DNA of 60,999 bases, counting the filler. It is 5 parts of 5 records of this genome, joined end to end, with 100 filler letters (N's around TTAATTAATTAA, not from the genome) between each part and the next. Parts side by side here need not be neighbours in the genome. Positions count along the whole stretch, not along the records: positions 1 to 19,166 come from SRR31156797_5589; 4 more parts are not named here. One strand, 5' to 3'. The notes under the pieces are model-generated. The model saw only the letters and a program-made list of their open reading frames with translations, had not been told where the DNA came from and did no database searches. Within the stretch, counting starts at the first letter, position 1; each line of letters starts with the position of its first letter. Positions 7,904-18,063 of the stretch are shown one piece after another. The translations under genes and the position numbers were made by a program.

Positions 7904-9172
7904 TCAATACAAATATCTCAATTTTCTGTTGATATCAGAATGGATTTTCTTTTTAGTTTTAGAAATTTCAGGCAAATTATCAATAATTAGATTAAATAAA
8001 TTTTTACTTATATTTGGTTTGATTTCTAATTTCAAGACCTCTTCTAATTCATCAACCTTAAAAGCAGGTCTATATGGTCTTTCCTCTAACAGAGCAGTAA
8101 TTACATCTGAACTTAGTAAAATCTGTAACTCAATGGAATTTTCGTTTTCTGTTTTAATTTTTTCAAATTCTGAATATCTATTTATCATCGAGCCTATTTT
8201 CTCAAAACCAATAATTGAATTTATAATTTTCCTTGTATAATATTGAGAAAATTTTAATCTGTCATAGTCACCTCTCTTCAAAGAACTACATTTATTCAAT
8301 ATCTCTAATGGAACAATAATCTTCCCGATATCATGTAGATATCCTACTAATTTAATTTCCTTGCATTCACTTTCATGAAAGCCGTAAGTTTTAGCGAGTA
8401 AATAAGCTATATTTCCAACTGAATATGAGTGAGAAATATAAAATTTCGAGCGGAAATCTATTATTCTACTATAAATTAATGACGAGTCTTCGAGCACACT
8501 TTGATGATCATCGATGAGACTATTAACATCAATCCAGTAAAATATTTCTCTTAGAGTCAGTGTATCCAAATCAAACCAAAATTGGGATTTATCTCTCAAG
8601 TGACTTAATGCAGAGTAAAATTCGTATGGATAGTTGTAAGGTTTGTATTTTATGAAATTATCAAATTTTTCTCTTTGATCTACAGCTACGATATTATGTT
8701 TGAATATTAACTCAACCGTATTTGCAAATGATAATAGAAGTGATTCAAACGGAATATTTTTCCCTTTAGAATTATATGTGTTATTATCTACATGATGATA
8801 TTTTATAATTTTGGCTACTCTTTTAAATGAATTTGAATCCCATATTCTATAAGCAATTTTTGCATGAATATTATCTTCTCCAAAATCTCTATCTATTTCT
8901 TTAGTCTTTTGATCTACGCTAATAAGCCCGATATCGTGGATTAGTGAGCTAAATACCAGAAGATTTAATTCTTTTTTATTTAAATTAAGTTGTTTAGCAA
9001 GGTAATACGCAATTATTGTGACTCTTTTTTGGTGTTCACTGATTTTTTTCTCTATATTCCCATGTGTCTCAAGAATTGAAATGAGTAAAGATTCTACACC
9101 CTTTGTACTAAAATTATCTAAAGTTTTGTTAAAATTATGTGCATAATTGAATTTAGTCATAACTCTCACCAC
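7904..9172 (-). CDS. Tandem HD-GYP-like protein with degenerate motifs
   Basis: IHDIG and LHDIGK present; RPYR retained; the HHE..GYP loop is not recognisable. Confidence 0.75.
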   Translation of the reverse strand: MVRVMTKFNYAHNFNKTLDNFSTKGVESLLISILETHGNIEKKISEHQKRVTIIAYYLAKQLNLNKKELNLLVFSSLIHDIGLISVDQKTKEIDRDFGEDNIHAKIAYRIWDSNSFKRVAKIIKYHHVDNNTYNSKGKNIPFESLLLSFANTVELIFKHNIVAVDQREKFDNFIKYKPYNYPYEFYSALSHLRDKSQFWFDLDTLTLREIFYWIDVNSLIDDHQSVLEDSSLIYSRIIDFRSKFYISHSYSVGNIAYLLAKTYGFHESECKEIKLVGYLHDIGKIIVPLEILNKCSSLKRGDYDRLKFSQYYTRKIINSIIGFEKIGSMINRYSEFEKIKTENENSIELQILLSSDVITALLEERPYRPAFKVDELEEVLKLEIKPNISKNLFNLIIDNLPEISKTKKKIHSDINRKLRYLY

Positions 9173-9703
9173 CTTTACATGTATGTAAACTCAATACATT
9201 ATACACCTTTAAAAGTGACTTTTTAGTAACGCTTGATGTTACGACAAAGAATAATAAATTTCTGAAAAGTATAAACTGTGTTAAAAGTTAATTGATTTAA
9301 TATATTTTGGCTGTTTTGTACTCTGTTTTAATTTACTAATTATATAAATGGAAATGTTGCGTTAGCTCATATTAAATCAAAATAAATAAATAAAACTCCG
9401 AACTTAAGAAAAAGACACACAAAAGAAAGTGTAGGGAACTATTGATTTTATTGATGTTTAGTTTTAAAGTTGCATGTATCACGAACATTTAGTATTTTAT
9501 AAGTTCAATTTTTCTTTTAACTGAAAAGAGTTGTGGCAGGTGATAAATTGAATTTCTAGATATGTATAAATTTGTAGATGAATTGTTTCTAAATGCAGAC
9601 AAAGTGTCAATTAAAATGATTTCTCTATGTAAAATACAGAGATTTTTATATAAAAAAACCTCTCTGATATGAGAGGCGTAATGAAATTATTTGAAATATA
9701 TTG

Positions 9704-10138
9704 TTATTCCTTAAATGGAAAAAATAAATTTTTTATACTTAACTCTTTACTCGTCAAAACAAGTCCAAAAGTTAGAGAGGCTAATATAAGGTCAGCAAGT
9801 GCTGTAGGTAGAAATATTATAGGAGAACTTTCGCCTAATATTAAGTATGCGAAGAATAAAATCCCAAATAGAACCCGACTCATAATAGAAACTCCTATAT
9901 TTAATAGATAGCGCTTTAGATTAAATACAGACATAAATTGCAAGTATGCAAGACAAAACAGGAATGCAGCGATTAACATAGAGTAAAAGGGATCTGTAGG
10001 TGGTTTGCTAATTAATTTATTAGCCCCAACCATCAATGCGAAAAAGACTCCTCCACATAAATCAAACAATGCACCAGCCAAAACTACTTTTTTGAAACTA
10101 TCAATTGATTTTAATTTATCCATAATATCTCCTCTCAT
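9704..10138 (-). CDS. Hypothetical 4-TM membrane protein (start likely at the second Met)
   Basis: Four hydrophobic segments; GAGG RBS; terminator-like hairpin at about 9652-9676. Confidence 0.65.
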   Translation of the reverse strand: MRGDIMDKLKSIDSFKKVVLAGALFDLCGGVFFALMVGANKLISKPPTDPFYSMLIAAFLFCLAYLQFMSVFNLKRYLLNIGVSIMSRVLFGILFFAYLILGESSPIIFLPTALADLILASLTFGLVLTSKELSIKNLFFPFKE

Positions 10139-10267
10139 GTAGCAGTATAATTAAATATACTTCGTAGAAAGTTATATCCTTTGAGATTAAAACAAAAAAA
10201 TTCGTGTACGGATTATTTATATAGTCCATAAATTTTGCAAAGATGCTATTATAATTATTATCTTATT

Positions 10268-11038
10268 CTACTGAGTGTAAAATAATTCTATCTCTTTTCG
10301 ATCGCTATATTTTTTTAGGAAATGATGATAGCCGGCTTTATACTTTAATCCACTAAATTTTCTCGCTTTTTTCGGACAATGGAAAATGCATCTGGTGCAA
10401 GTAAGACACAGTTCCTTATCTGTTTTTTTTGGATCAGATTTATCAATAGCATTTACCGGACAGAGAGTAGCACAAATACCACAATTAGTGCAATCTGAAT
10501 TTGCTTTTATCTTTAAAGGAATTTTTTTTGCTTCTTTTAACGGACTTCCTTTACCTAGTAACATTGAAGCCTTAGGATTGGTTTTGATTATCTCTAAACT
10601 TTTTATTCCAAACTCATTTGCTTTTTTTAGGTCTTCTTGATCTGGACGTCCTTTTGCAATAGCGGGAAAGATTGAATGTCTGGCTATGAATGCACCTCTA
10701 CTAATTACTTTAAATCCTTGCTTTGAGCTAATTTGATTTAATTCAATCAAAGTATCCTCATAATCACGATTTCCATATGAACATACTAAGATAGCTTTTG
10801 CATTATTAGATTTTAGTTTTGACAAAAATTCACTTGCTAATTTAGGGACTCTGCCTGCAAATGAAGGAACTCCAATAATGGCAATATCATTAGAAGTGAA
10901 TTTTGTACTGCCTTTTACTCCCTGTGTGATATCGTGCTTGATAATGTCATTTGAGATACCTCTCGCAACTGTTTCAACAATTGTTTTCGTTGTTCCAGAA
11001 GGGCTGAAATAGATAGCATGTATTTTCATATTTTCCAT
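10268..11038 (-). CDS. EFR1-family flavodoxin-like/4Fe-4S ferredoxin fusion
   Basis: YFSPSGTT, YGNRDYED, CTNCGICATLCP and CLTCTRCIFHCP motifs. Confidence 0.88.
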   Translation of the reverse strand: MENMKIHAIYFSPSGTTKTIVETVARGISNDIIKHDITQGVKGSTKFTSNDIAIIGVPSFAGRVPKLASEFLSKLKSNNAKAILVCSYGNRDYEDTLIELNQISSKQGFKVISRGAFIARHSIFPAIAKGRPDQEDLKKANEFGIKSLEIIKTNPKASMLLGKGSPLKEAKKIPLKIKANSDCTNCGICATLCPVNAIDKSDPKKTDKELCLTCTRCIFHCPKKARKFSGLKYKAGYHHFLKKYSDRKEIELFYTQ

Positions 11039-11146
11039 TTTATGACTCCTTAATATTTAGAAATAAATGATTTTAGACATTGATAGCAAAATAAACTGTC
11101 TTTAAAATTTTAGCATATGACAAATAAAAAAACAAATTTATTTAAA

Positions 11147-11176
11147 ACGGTTCTTCCAAACTAATGAAAGAACCGT
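11147..11176 (-). terminator. Intrinsic terminator downstream of the kinase and the relic ridA end
   Basis: acggttctt...aagaaccgt hairpin followed by T-rich sequence on the minus strand. Confidence 0.65.
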
Positions 11177-11201
11177 AGATATTTAAACATATTTTATTCT
11201 C

Positions 11202-11227
11202 TATCCTTTATAAGCTACAGCATCTAA
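11202..11227 (-). repeat. 26-bp direct repeat; orphan copy of the ridA 3' end (encodes LDAVAYKG*)
   Basis: tatcctttataagctacagcatctaa is identical to 17699-17724. Confidence 0.9.
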
Positions 11228-11318
11228 ATAACTTTATATAACGTAGCAAATTTGAAATCTGAATTTATAAAAGATGTTTTAAACAAAGCAATTGAATAAC
11301 ATAAACCAAAAGCAGGGT

Positions 11319-14300
11319 TTAAGCTCCAACTGTTTCAATAATTTCATTACATAATTTTAGAGCTTCATCAAATGCATAATCTTCAATACATTCGCCCATT
11401 TTTTTGTACTTGTCTAGAACTCCAAAACTATTCATATATTTTACAAGCTCATCATAAACCTCAGATGCTTTAGTATTATATACTTCAATTAATCCCTTAA
11501 CATTGATTAATTTTTCCAGTAACTCATCTTTTTTAATCTCTACTTCAGGTTCTGAATTATTATCAATGCCAAACTCGACTTCAGAAAGAACAATTTCAAT
11601 TTGATCAATTACAGTAGTCAATTCATCATTTAACCTATCGATATGTTCTTTTAATTGTAAGTTATCAGAATTATTACTTTCTAGTCTACTCTCTAGTTGT
11701 TTCGCATGAAAATATAAATTTTTAGCACCAATTGTACCTGCCACACCGCATAATGTATGGGCGATTCGTACACTTTCTTCAGTATTTCTATGATTTACTA
11801 TTTCAGAAATTTCAAATTTGAAATTTCTGCCACTTTTTTTAAATTTTCTTAAAACTTTTATATATAAATCCATATTTTCCGATACTCTTTTCAGTCCATC
11901 GAATACATCAATATTACTAAGCACTTGAGCAAGTTTTTCTTTAGAAATTAATCCGCTATCTATTAATTCTACAGAATTAATATTTCTATCTTTTGGCTTA
12001 ATCCATTTTGCTAAAACTTCAAACATATCTTTTTTATTAATTGGCTTAGTTATGAGATTATTCATTCCTGCATCTAAAACTCTTTGTTTGGTACCTGTCA
12101 TTGCATCAGCAGATAATGCAATTATTGGTAAATTAGTGATATTATGTTCTTTACGCAATTTTCTTGATGCTGAATAACCATCGAGGACAGGCATCTGCAA
12201 ATCCATAAATACAAACTCAAACTCTTCGGGATTCTCTAATATTTTGTTAATGGCAATTTGTCCATTATCAGCGATTTCAACCCAAAAACCCTCTAGCTCT
12301 AATGTTTCTTTTGCAACTTGTTGGTTTATGTCGTTATCTTCAACTAAAAGTAATTTTGCACCACGAATTTTGTCAAAACCTTCCGGATAAATATTGAAAG
12401 ATTTTTTATCTTCTTTATACTCTATGGATTCTCCAAAAGTAGTTATGATAGAGTTAAATAACATCGATGATTGTATAGGTTTGGTTATGGAACTACTAAA
12501 ACCTTCTTTTTTTGCTAACTTAATGATTTCCTCTTTTCCATATGCGGTTATCAATACTGATTTTGGCAATTCATCAGCATCAAGTATAGTTTTAATTTTT
12601 ACCCAAGCTTCAATACCATTCATATCAGCTAATTTATAGTTTATAAATATAAGATCATATTTGTTATTTTGAGCTTCTTTTATTACATCACTTCCTGATG
12701 CTATTAGTTTAGGTTTATATGAAAACCTCTCCAAGTAATCTGTCATAACCTCTCCCGCCGATTTATTATCTTCAACAACTAATATTTTAAGATTTTTTAA
12801 TGGCTCGGGAATAATTTCAGTTATTTTTTTTGCCTCTTTTCCCTTCTCGAATTTAGCAGTAAAGTAAAAAGTACTTCCTTTTCCATAAACACTTTCTACC
12901 CCAATTGCTCCATGCATTAGCTTAACCAGTTGCTTTGAGATTGTAAGTCCTAGTCCTGTCCCACCAAATTTTCTTGTTATTGAAGTGTCTGCTTGTGAGA
13001 AAGCCTTAAATAATTTTTCTATTTGTTCTTCGGTCATACCTATGCCCGTATCAGTTATAGTAAACTGTAGTAAGATATTATTATTTCTATTTTCTTTGAT
13101 TTTTATACTAATATTTACTTCACCTTTTTCAGTAAATTTAATTGAATTGTTGGTCAAATTTATTAATATTTGTCCTAATCTTAGAGGATCTCCAATGAGG
13201 TTTTCCGGGACGCCTTTTTCTTTCACTATTAAGAATTCAATTCCTTTATTATATGCTTTCAAACCAAGGACATTAGAAATATTATCAAGAACATCATCTA
13301 AATCAAATTCAATTTCTTCTATTGCAAGTTTTCCAGCTTCAATTTTACTAAAATCAAGAATATCATTAATTATACCAAGAAGGTTTTTTGCAGCCCTGCC
13401 AATCTTTGTTGAATAATCTTTTTGTTTCAAAGTAAGTTTTGTGTTTTCCATGAGGCTGTTAAGACCGATTATCGCATTCATAGGGGTCCTGATTTCATGT
13501 GACATGTTAGCAAGAAAATCGCTTTTTGCTTTTGTTGCAGTTTCAGCTTCTTCTTTTGCTTTTAAGATATCTTTTTCAGCATTGATACGTTCAGTAATAT
13601 CTAAAGAATATTCTATTATTTGAATTACATTTCCATTTTTATCCAAAATTGGATAACCGTGAATTTCAACAGTTTTTTCATTTCCTTCATGATCGTAGTG
13701 AATGTGTTCAAATTTTACTGGAGCTTTTGTTTTTTTTATCTTAACTAAAGGACAAGGCTCATTGTTAGCATTGCAAGGTATAGGAGTTTCATGAGTCATT
13801 TCATGACAAGTAGTAACATTTGTTGCTGCGATTTTTTTAGCAGAATCATTCATGAGAATAACTGAATAATTATTTGCATCAATTACATAAAAAGGATGGG
13901 CAAGAGAATTTAGAGTTGTTTCTAAAAATTCCTTTTGATCCTGTATCTGTGAAGTACGCTCTTTGATGCTAATTGCCATTGATCTAAAAGCATTAGCTAA
14001 GGCCCCTACTTCGTCGCAGGTTGAAATTCCAATATTATAATCATAATTTCCCTTTTTAAGCTTATTAGCTCCAGTTTCAAGTAAATGAAGTGGAGTGATT
14101 ATTCGCCTCTTAAATAGGAAAAACATATATATGGAAAAGCCTATTGTAATTAAAGTTAAAATAGTAATTCCTAGGATGATTGCCTGATTTTGTTCACGAA
14201 CTTGATTTAATTCAGTAGCAGTTCTCCATTCCAGCAGCATAAAGAATTCATCAATTGGTTTTAAAATTTTAGCTTTTGCCTGATGGTATTCATCTCCATA

Positions 14301-17300
14301 AAGAATTTGAAGCGCATAATCACGATCTGGTTTACCTATTACATTAAACAGTCCATTTTCATTTTTATATATTCCTTTGATTGCATTAAATGCAATCAAT
14401 TCTAAATCTATCAATTTGTCTGAGAGTAGTTTAGCTTCAGTTAGTTTTTCTTGTTCAGCTTTTGATAAACCCAGATTAATCATTCTATTTTGAATACTAT
14501 AGGTTTCTCCATCAATATTAAAAGAAAGAATTCCCGCATTCAAAAAATCCCAGTAGGAATTGGAAAATTCCTTTGGATGAGGTAGCTTCCCGTCTCGAAT
14601 ATCAATAATGAGTTGAAAGTATTGTTCGTACTTTGCATCACCGGTAGCGGCAAAGGTTCTGGCAAAACGAGTCAAGTCATCAGAGGATTGTTTAAGTTCA
14701 ATAGCCAAATTATATTCTTTATATTTATCTGCCTCGATTTCAGATTGTAGTTTTTCTCCCTCTAATAACATTGTTACAAAGGTTGCAATCGAAACAATTA
14801 AACCAGTCAGGATAAAAGAAATAATAAATAGTGTTTCTTTGATGTTTAGTTGCCGAGGACGGCCTTTCCTAAACCATATGATCAACAATATAATCATGAT
14901 AGCTGCAAACATAGCAGCGATGTATCTGATGATAAAATTGGTTTGGTTAAAATCCTTTATCTCTGGTAAGACCAAATTATTGAATGATTTTTTTTCTGTT
15001 CCGAACCATCTGTCCTGTAGAGTTAATCGTTCTTGAAGAGTAATATCAGCGATGGCTTTATCCAAAATTCCTGCTAATATTTTAAAATCCTTTCGTACGC
15101 CGATATGTAAATCAGATGTTGGTATTTCCTTCTTACCAAGAGGTGGTGATTGTGTAAGATTAATAATTTGATATTCGTTAAACATGTAATTCATAACAGC
15201 AAATTCACCAAGCATAGCCTCAGTTTTTCCTCTTGCTACAGAAAGCATAGCCTCCAATACATCAGGAAATTTAACTAATTTTATCTCAGGATAGTTTTCA
15301 CTTAAAAACGAAATATTAAAAAAACCTTCAACGACGGCTACTTTCTTTTTATTTAAATCTGAAATATGATTATATGGCCCATTATCAATTCTGTAAACTA
15401 TACGCTCGGAGAGAGATGTATAAGGAGAAGTAAATTCCAGATATTGTTCACGCTCTTTATTTTTTGCAATATTAAGCATCACATCAAGTTCATTATTCTT
15501 GATTTTATTTAAAAATTCATTCCAAGTAGGTCCGGAAACATATTCTACTTTTAACCCTGATTTTTCAGCAATAAGATTCATGAAATCAATAGAATACCCT
15601 TGAGGTTCTCCACCTTCATTATAGTTATATGGAGGCCAACCCATTTCATTATGAACTTTTATAACAGAATTATTTTGAATCCAAAGTTTCTCTTTTTCTG
15701 TTAAATTAACTTTTTTAATTTTTTCTACTAATGTTAAACCACTTGCCATAGATGGTAACCAGTTTGAAAATATTGATTGTTTTTTTACTTCCGGCATATT
15801 GTTTAAAGCTTTTTGCAAAATAGCTGCTAAGTGAGGCCAATCTTTACGAACGGCTAATCTTTGTCCATTAGTTGCTTCACCATAGACTGAAGCTATCTCA
15901 AGATTAGTAATCCCTTTTTCTTTTAAGAGATAAAGGTTTATACCCAAAACTCCAACATAAGCATCAGCTTTACCTGTTGCAACTGCAAATAGTGCTTCAC
16001 CCGCTGTTTTTACAATTAACTGTTGGACAGTCGGATGCTCTTGAACTATAGTTTTGCTAGCTGAATAACCTTCAACCAATGCAACAGTTTTTCCTTCTAA
16101 ATCACTTTCCGAATTGATATCTGCATTGTCATTTCGTTTCATAATAACTAATGGAGTTGGCAGATAAATATCAGTAAAATTAACAAAATCTTCTCTCTCT
16201 GACCGATAAGACATAGTCAAAACAACATCCAGATTTTTTTCTTTTACCCCTTCAACTATCTGAGGCCATGTCAAATTATCAATGATTTCAATCTCTATTC
16301 CCAGTCTTTTACTTAGATACTCCATAAATTCCATAGCAATTCCAACATAATTTCCCTGATCGTCTCGAAAACTATATGGAGCATAAAAAGCATCAACACC
16401 AATGCGAATTTTGGAATTATTTGATAACCAGATTTTTTCCACTTTTGTTAATGAAATCTGATCGACTTCATTTGGCTCACTTTTTGTGGAATAAAAAAAT
16501 GAAGAATCTATTTCTGAATACTCCGAAAGACCTAAGAATGAATAGGTTTCAATCATTTTTGTATAACGTGAAGGTTCATAGCTTCCCAATTGAATATAAT
16601 TTGGAAGAATAACATTTTTTATTTGTACAGCTTCAAAGAGTAAATGGTCTCGACTTAAGTTACGTGTATTATATTTTTTTAAAATTAAATTTACAATTTC
16701 CTCCGGATTCTCAATAGCGTATAGCCAACCTTTTTCAACTGCTCTAATAACTTTTTCAACTCTTTCAGGATTTTCTATAATTTCTTTTTTGCTTGTAAAT
16801 AGATTATCTCCATAAAAATCAATTCCGTAATCCCGAGGGTCTAAAACTCTAACTGGTTTATTCTTTTGATCAAACCAGTATGGCTGATCTGTGAAGTAAG
16901 CATCCATAGCATCAATTTTTCCCTCTAACAAATCTGTATTTTTATATGAATTAGGAATAATATCAACTAAGCTAATTTTACCCAAAGTTTTTTTCAACAT
17001 TGCATTAAGAGGAGCACAACTATTTCCTTTTAATTCTATCATTATTTTCTTTTCATTTAGATCATATGGAGTTTTGATACCGGAATCTCTCAGAGTAAGC
17101 AATACTAATGGAGAATGCTGAAATATCTGAGAAAGTAAAACCACAGGTTTTCCCTCCAAATGAGAAAGCAAAAGGCCGCCATCTGCTACTCCATATTCAG
17201 CTTTGCCTGAAACTACATTATCTATATAATTTGATAAAGGATCTAATTCTCGTAGAGAGACATTTAATCCTTCATCTGCAAAATACCCCTTTTCAATTGC

Positions 17301-17459
17301 AGCATAGTAGCCTGCAAACTGGAATTGGTGGAACCATTTAAGTTGAATTGCTATATCATCATCTGCAAAACTTGGAATAGAAGATAAGAAAATTAATAAT
17401 CCTATAGCTACAATAATGAGTAGGGATGCCAATTTATTAATTGATTTAATTACTTTCAT
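11319..17459 (-). CDS. Hybrid sensor histidine kinase: NMT1/THI5-like SBP, two PBPb domains, three TM helices with an extra periplasmic domain, HAMP, PAS, HisKA, HATPase, two REC, HPt
   Basis: QLKWFHQFQFAGYYAA, FLANMSHEIRTPMN, GGTGLGL, VFMDLQMP and AHTLCGVAG motifs. Confidence 0.93.
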   Translation of the reverse strand: MKVIKSINKLASLLIIVAIGLLIFLSSIPSFADDDIAIQLKWFHQFQFAGYYAAIEKGYFADEGLNVSLRELDPLSNYIDNVVSGKAEYGVADGGLLLSHLEGKPVVLLSQIFQHSPLVLLTLRDSGIKTPYDLNEKKIMIELKGNSCAPLNAMLKKTLGKISLVDIIPNSYKNTDLLEGKIDAMDAYFTDQPYWFDQKNKPVRVLDPRDYGIDFYGDNLFTSKKEIIENPERVEKVIRAVEKGWLYAIENPEEIVNLILKKYNTRNLSRDHLLFEAVQIKNVILPNYIQLGSYEPSRYTKMIETYSFLGLSEYSEIDSSFFYSTKSEPNEVDQISLTKVEKIWLSNNSKIRIGVDAFYAPYSFRDDQGNYVGIAMEFMEYLSKRLGIEIEIIDNLTWPQIVEGVKEKNLDVVLTMSYRSEREDFVNFTDIYLPTPLVIMKRNDNADINSESDLEGKTVALVEGYSASKTIVQEHPTVQQLIVKTAGEALFAVATGKADAYVGVLGINLYLLKEKGITNLEIASVYGEATNGQRLAVRKDWPHLAAILQKALNNMPEVKKQSIFSNWLPSMASGLTLVEKIKKVNLTEKEKLWIQNNSVIKVHNEMGWPPYNYNEGGEPQGYSIDFMNLIAEKSGLKVEYVSGPTWNEFLNKIKNNELDVMLNIAKNKEREQYLEFTSPYTSLSERIVYRIDNGPYNHISDLNKKKVAVVEGFFNISFLSENYPEIKLVKFPDVLEAMLSVARGKTEAMLGEFAVMNYMFNEYQIINLTQSPPLGKKEIPTSDLHIGVRKDFKILAGILDKAIADITLQERLTLQDRWFGTEKKSFNNLVLPEIKDFNQTNFIIRYIAAMFAAIMIILLIIWFRKGRPRQLNIKETLFIISFILTGLIVSIATFVTMLLEGEKLQSEIEADKYKEYNLAIELKQSSDDLTRFARTFAATGDAKYEQYFQLIIDIRDGKLPHPKEFSNSYWDFLNAGILSFNIDGETYSIQNRMINLGLSKAEQEKLTEAKLLSDKLIDLELIAFNAIKGIYKNENGLFNVIGKPDRDYALQILYGDEYHQAKAKILKPIDEFFMLLEWRTATELNQVREQNQAIILGITILTLITIGFSIYMFFLFKRRIITPLHLLETGANKLKKGNYDYNIGISTCDEVGALANAFRSMAISIKERTSQIQDQKEFLETTLNSLAHPFYVIDANNYSVILMNDSAKKIAATNVTTCHEMTHETPIPCNANNEPCPLVKIKKTKAPVKFEHIHYDHEGNEKTVEIHGYPILDKNGNVIQIIEYSLDITERINAEKDILKAKEEAETATKAKSDFLANMSHEIRTPMNAIIGLNSLMENTKLTLKQKDYSTKIGRAAKNLLGIINDILDFSKIEAGKLAIEEIEFDLDDVLDNISNVLGLKAYNKGIEFLIVKEKGVPENLIGDPLRLGQILINLTNNSIKFTEKGEVNISIKIKENRNNNILLQFTITDTGIGMTEEQIEKLFKAFSQADTSITRKFGGTGLGLTISKQLVKLMHGAIGVESVYGKGSTFYFTAKFEKGKEAKKITEIIPEPLKNLKILVVEDNKSAGEVMTDYLERFSYKPKLIASGSDVIKEAQNNKYDLIFINYKLADMNGIEAWVKIKTILDADELPKSVLITAYGKEEIIKLAKKEGFSSSITKPIQSSMLFNSIITTFGESIEYKEDKKSFNIYPEGFDKIRGAKLLLVEDNDINQQVAKETLELEGFWVEIADNGQIAINKILENPEEFEFVFMDLQMPVLDGYSASRKLRKEHNITNLPIIALSADAMTGTKQRVLDAGMNNLITKPINKKDMFEVLAKWIKPKDRNINSVELIDSGLISKEKLAQVLSNIDVFDGLKRVSENMDLYIKVLRKFKKSGRNFKFEISEIVNHRNTEESVRIAHTLCGVAGTIGAKNLYFHAKQLESRLESNNSDNLQLKEHIDRLNDELTTVIDQIEIVLSEVEFGIDNNSEPEVEIKKDELLEKLINVKGLIEVYNTKASEVYDELVKYMNSFGVLDKYKKMGECIEDYAFDEALKLCNEIIETVGA

Positions 17460-17638
17460 TTTGACCTCCTATGTGAAAGAGTTTGTTTATTTCACCATAC
17501 TATACTTTACTAAATTAAAATAATATTCCTCTTATATTAATTAAAATAATTTTAATATTTTTATGAAATGTTTACAAATTTATTGTGTAAAACCAAAATT
17601 AGTTCTGAAAAATAACTTTAGTGAAACGTGAGAATAAA

Positions 17639-17668
17639 AAAAGTCACTGATGAATTTCAGTGACTTTT
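17639..17668 (-). terminator. Intrinsic terminator after ridA
   Basis: aaaagtcactga-tgaatt-tcagtgactttt hairpin. Confidence 0.75.
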
Positions 17669-17697
17669 CGATTATTTATATTTTATTTACTGTTTTA

Positions 17698-18063
17698 TTA
17701 TCCTTTATAAGCTACAGCATCTAATTGAAACAACAATCCCTGCTCTCCACCACGATGAGCAAATTCAGTTTGGATAGATTTCCTCACAGGATAATTACCA
17801 TTGAATCTTTCCTTGAAAACCTTCTCCATTACTGGAATATTCCAAATATCTCTGAATAAGCAATCTACCTGCACAACAGAGTCCAGTCCTATTCCGATTG
17901 AGTTCAATCTTTTTTCCAGATGGTCAATTGCTCCATGGATTTGCTGTTCAATAGCTTGACCGATATTTCCAACACAGTAACCGACATAAGCAAAACCTCC
18001 TGCTTCGATGACACCGGAGTGTGCCCACTCTTCATTTACATCATGTCTAATTATTTTGCTCAT
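17698..18063 (-). CDS. RidA/YjgF family protein
   Basis: 121 aa with YPVRKSIQT and QLDAVAY motifs. Start overlaps the upstream stop (TAATG). Confidence 0.85.
   Translation of the reverse strand: MSKIIRHDVNEEWAHSGVIEAGGFAYVGYCVGNIGQAIEQQIHGAIDHLEKRLNSIGIGLDSVVQVDCLFRDIWNIPVMEKVFKERFNGNYPVRKSIQTEFAHRGGEQGLLFQLDAVAYKG

Noticed and set aside
6763-8240. Plus-strand ORFs at 6763, 7229, 7433 and 7887
   Set aside because: Antisense to the MDR and HD-domain genes, with no protein-like features.
9173-9703. Long intergenic region upstream of the HD-GYP gene as a possible c-di-GMP riboswitch or sRNA
   Set aside because: No recognisable riboswitch consensus or stable stem found by eye. An Infernal/Rfam scan would be needed.
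12394-17341. Several plus-strand ORFs inside the hybrid kinase
   Set aside because: Antisense shadows of a long coding frame with no motifs or RBS.
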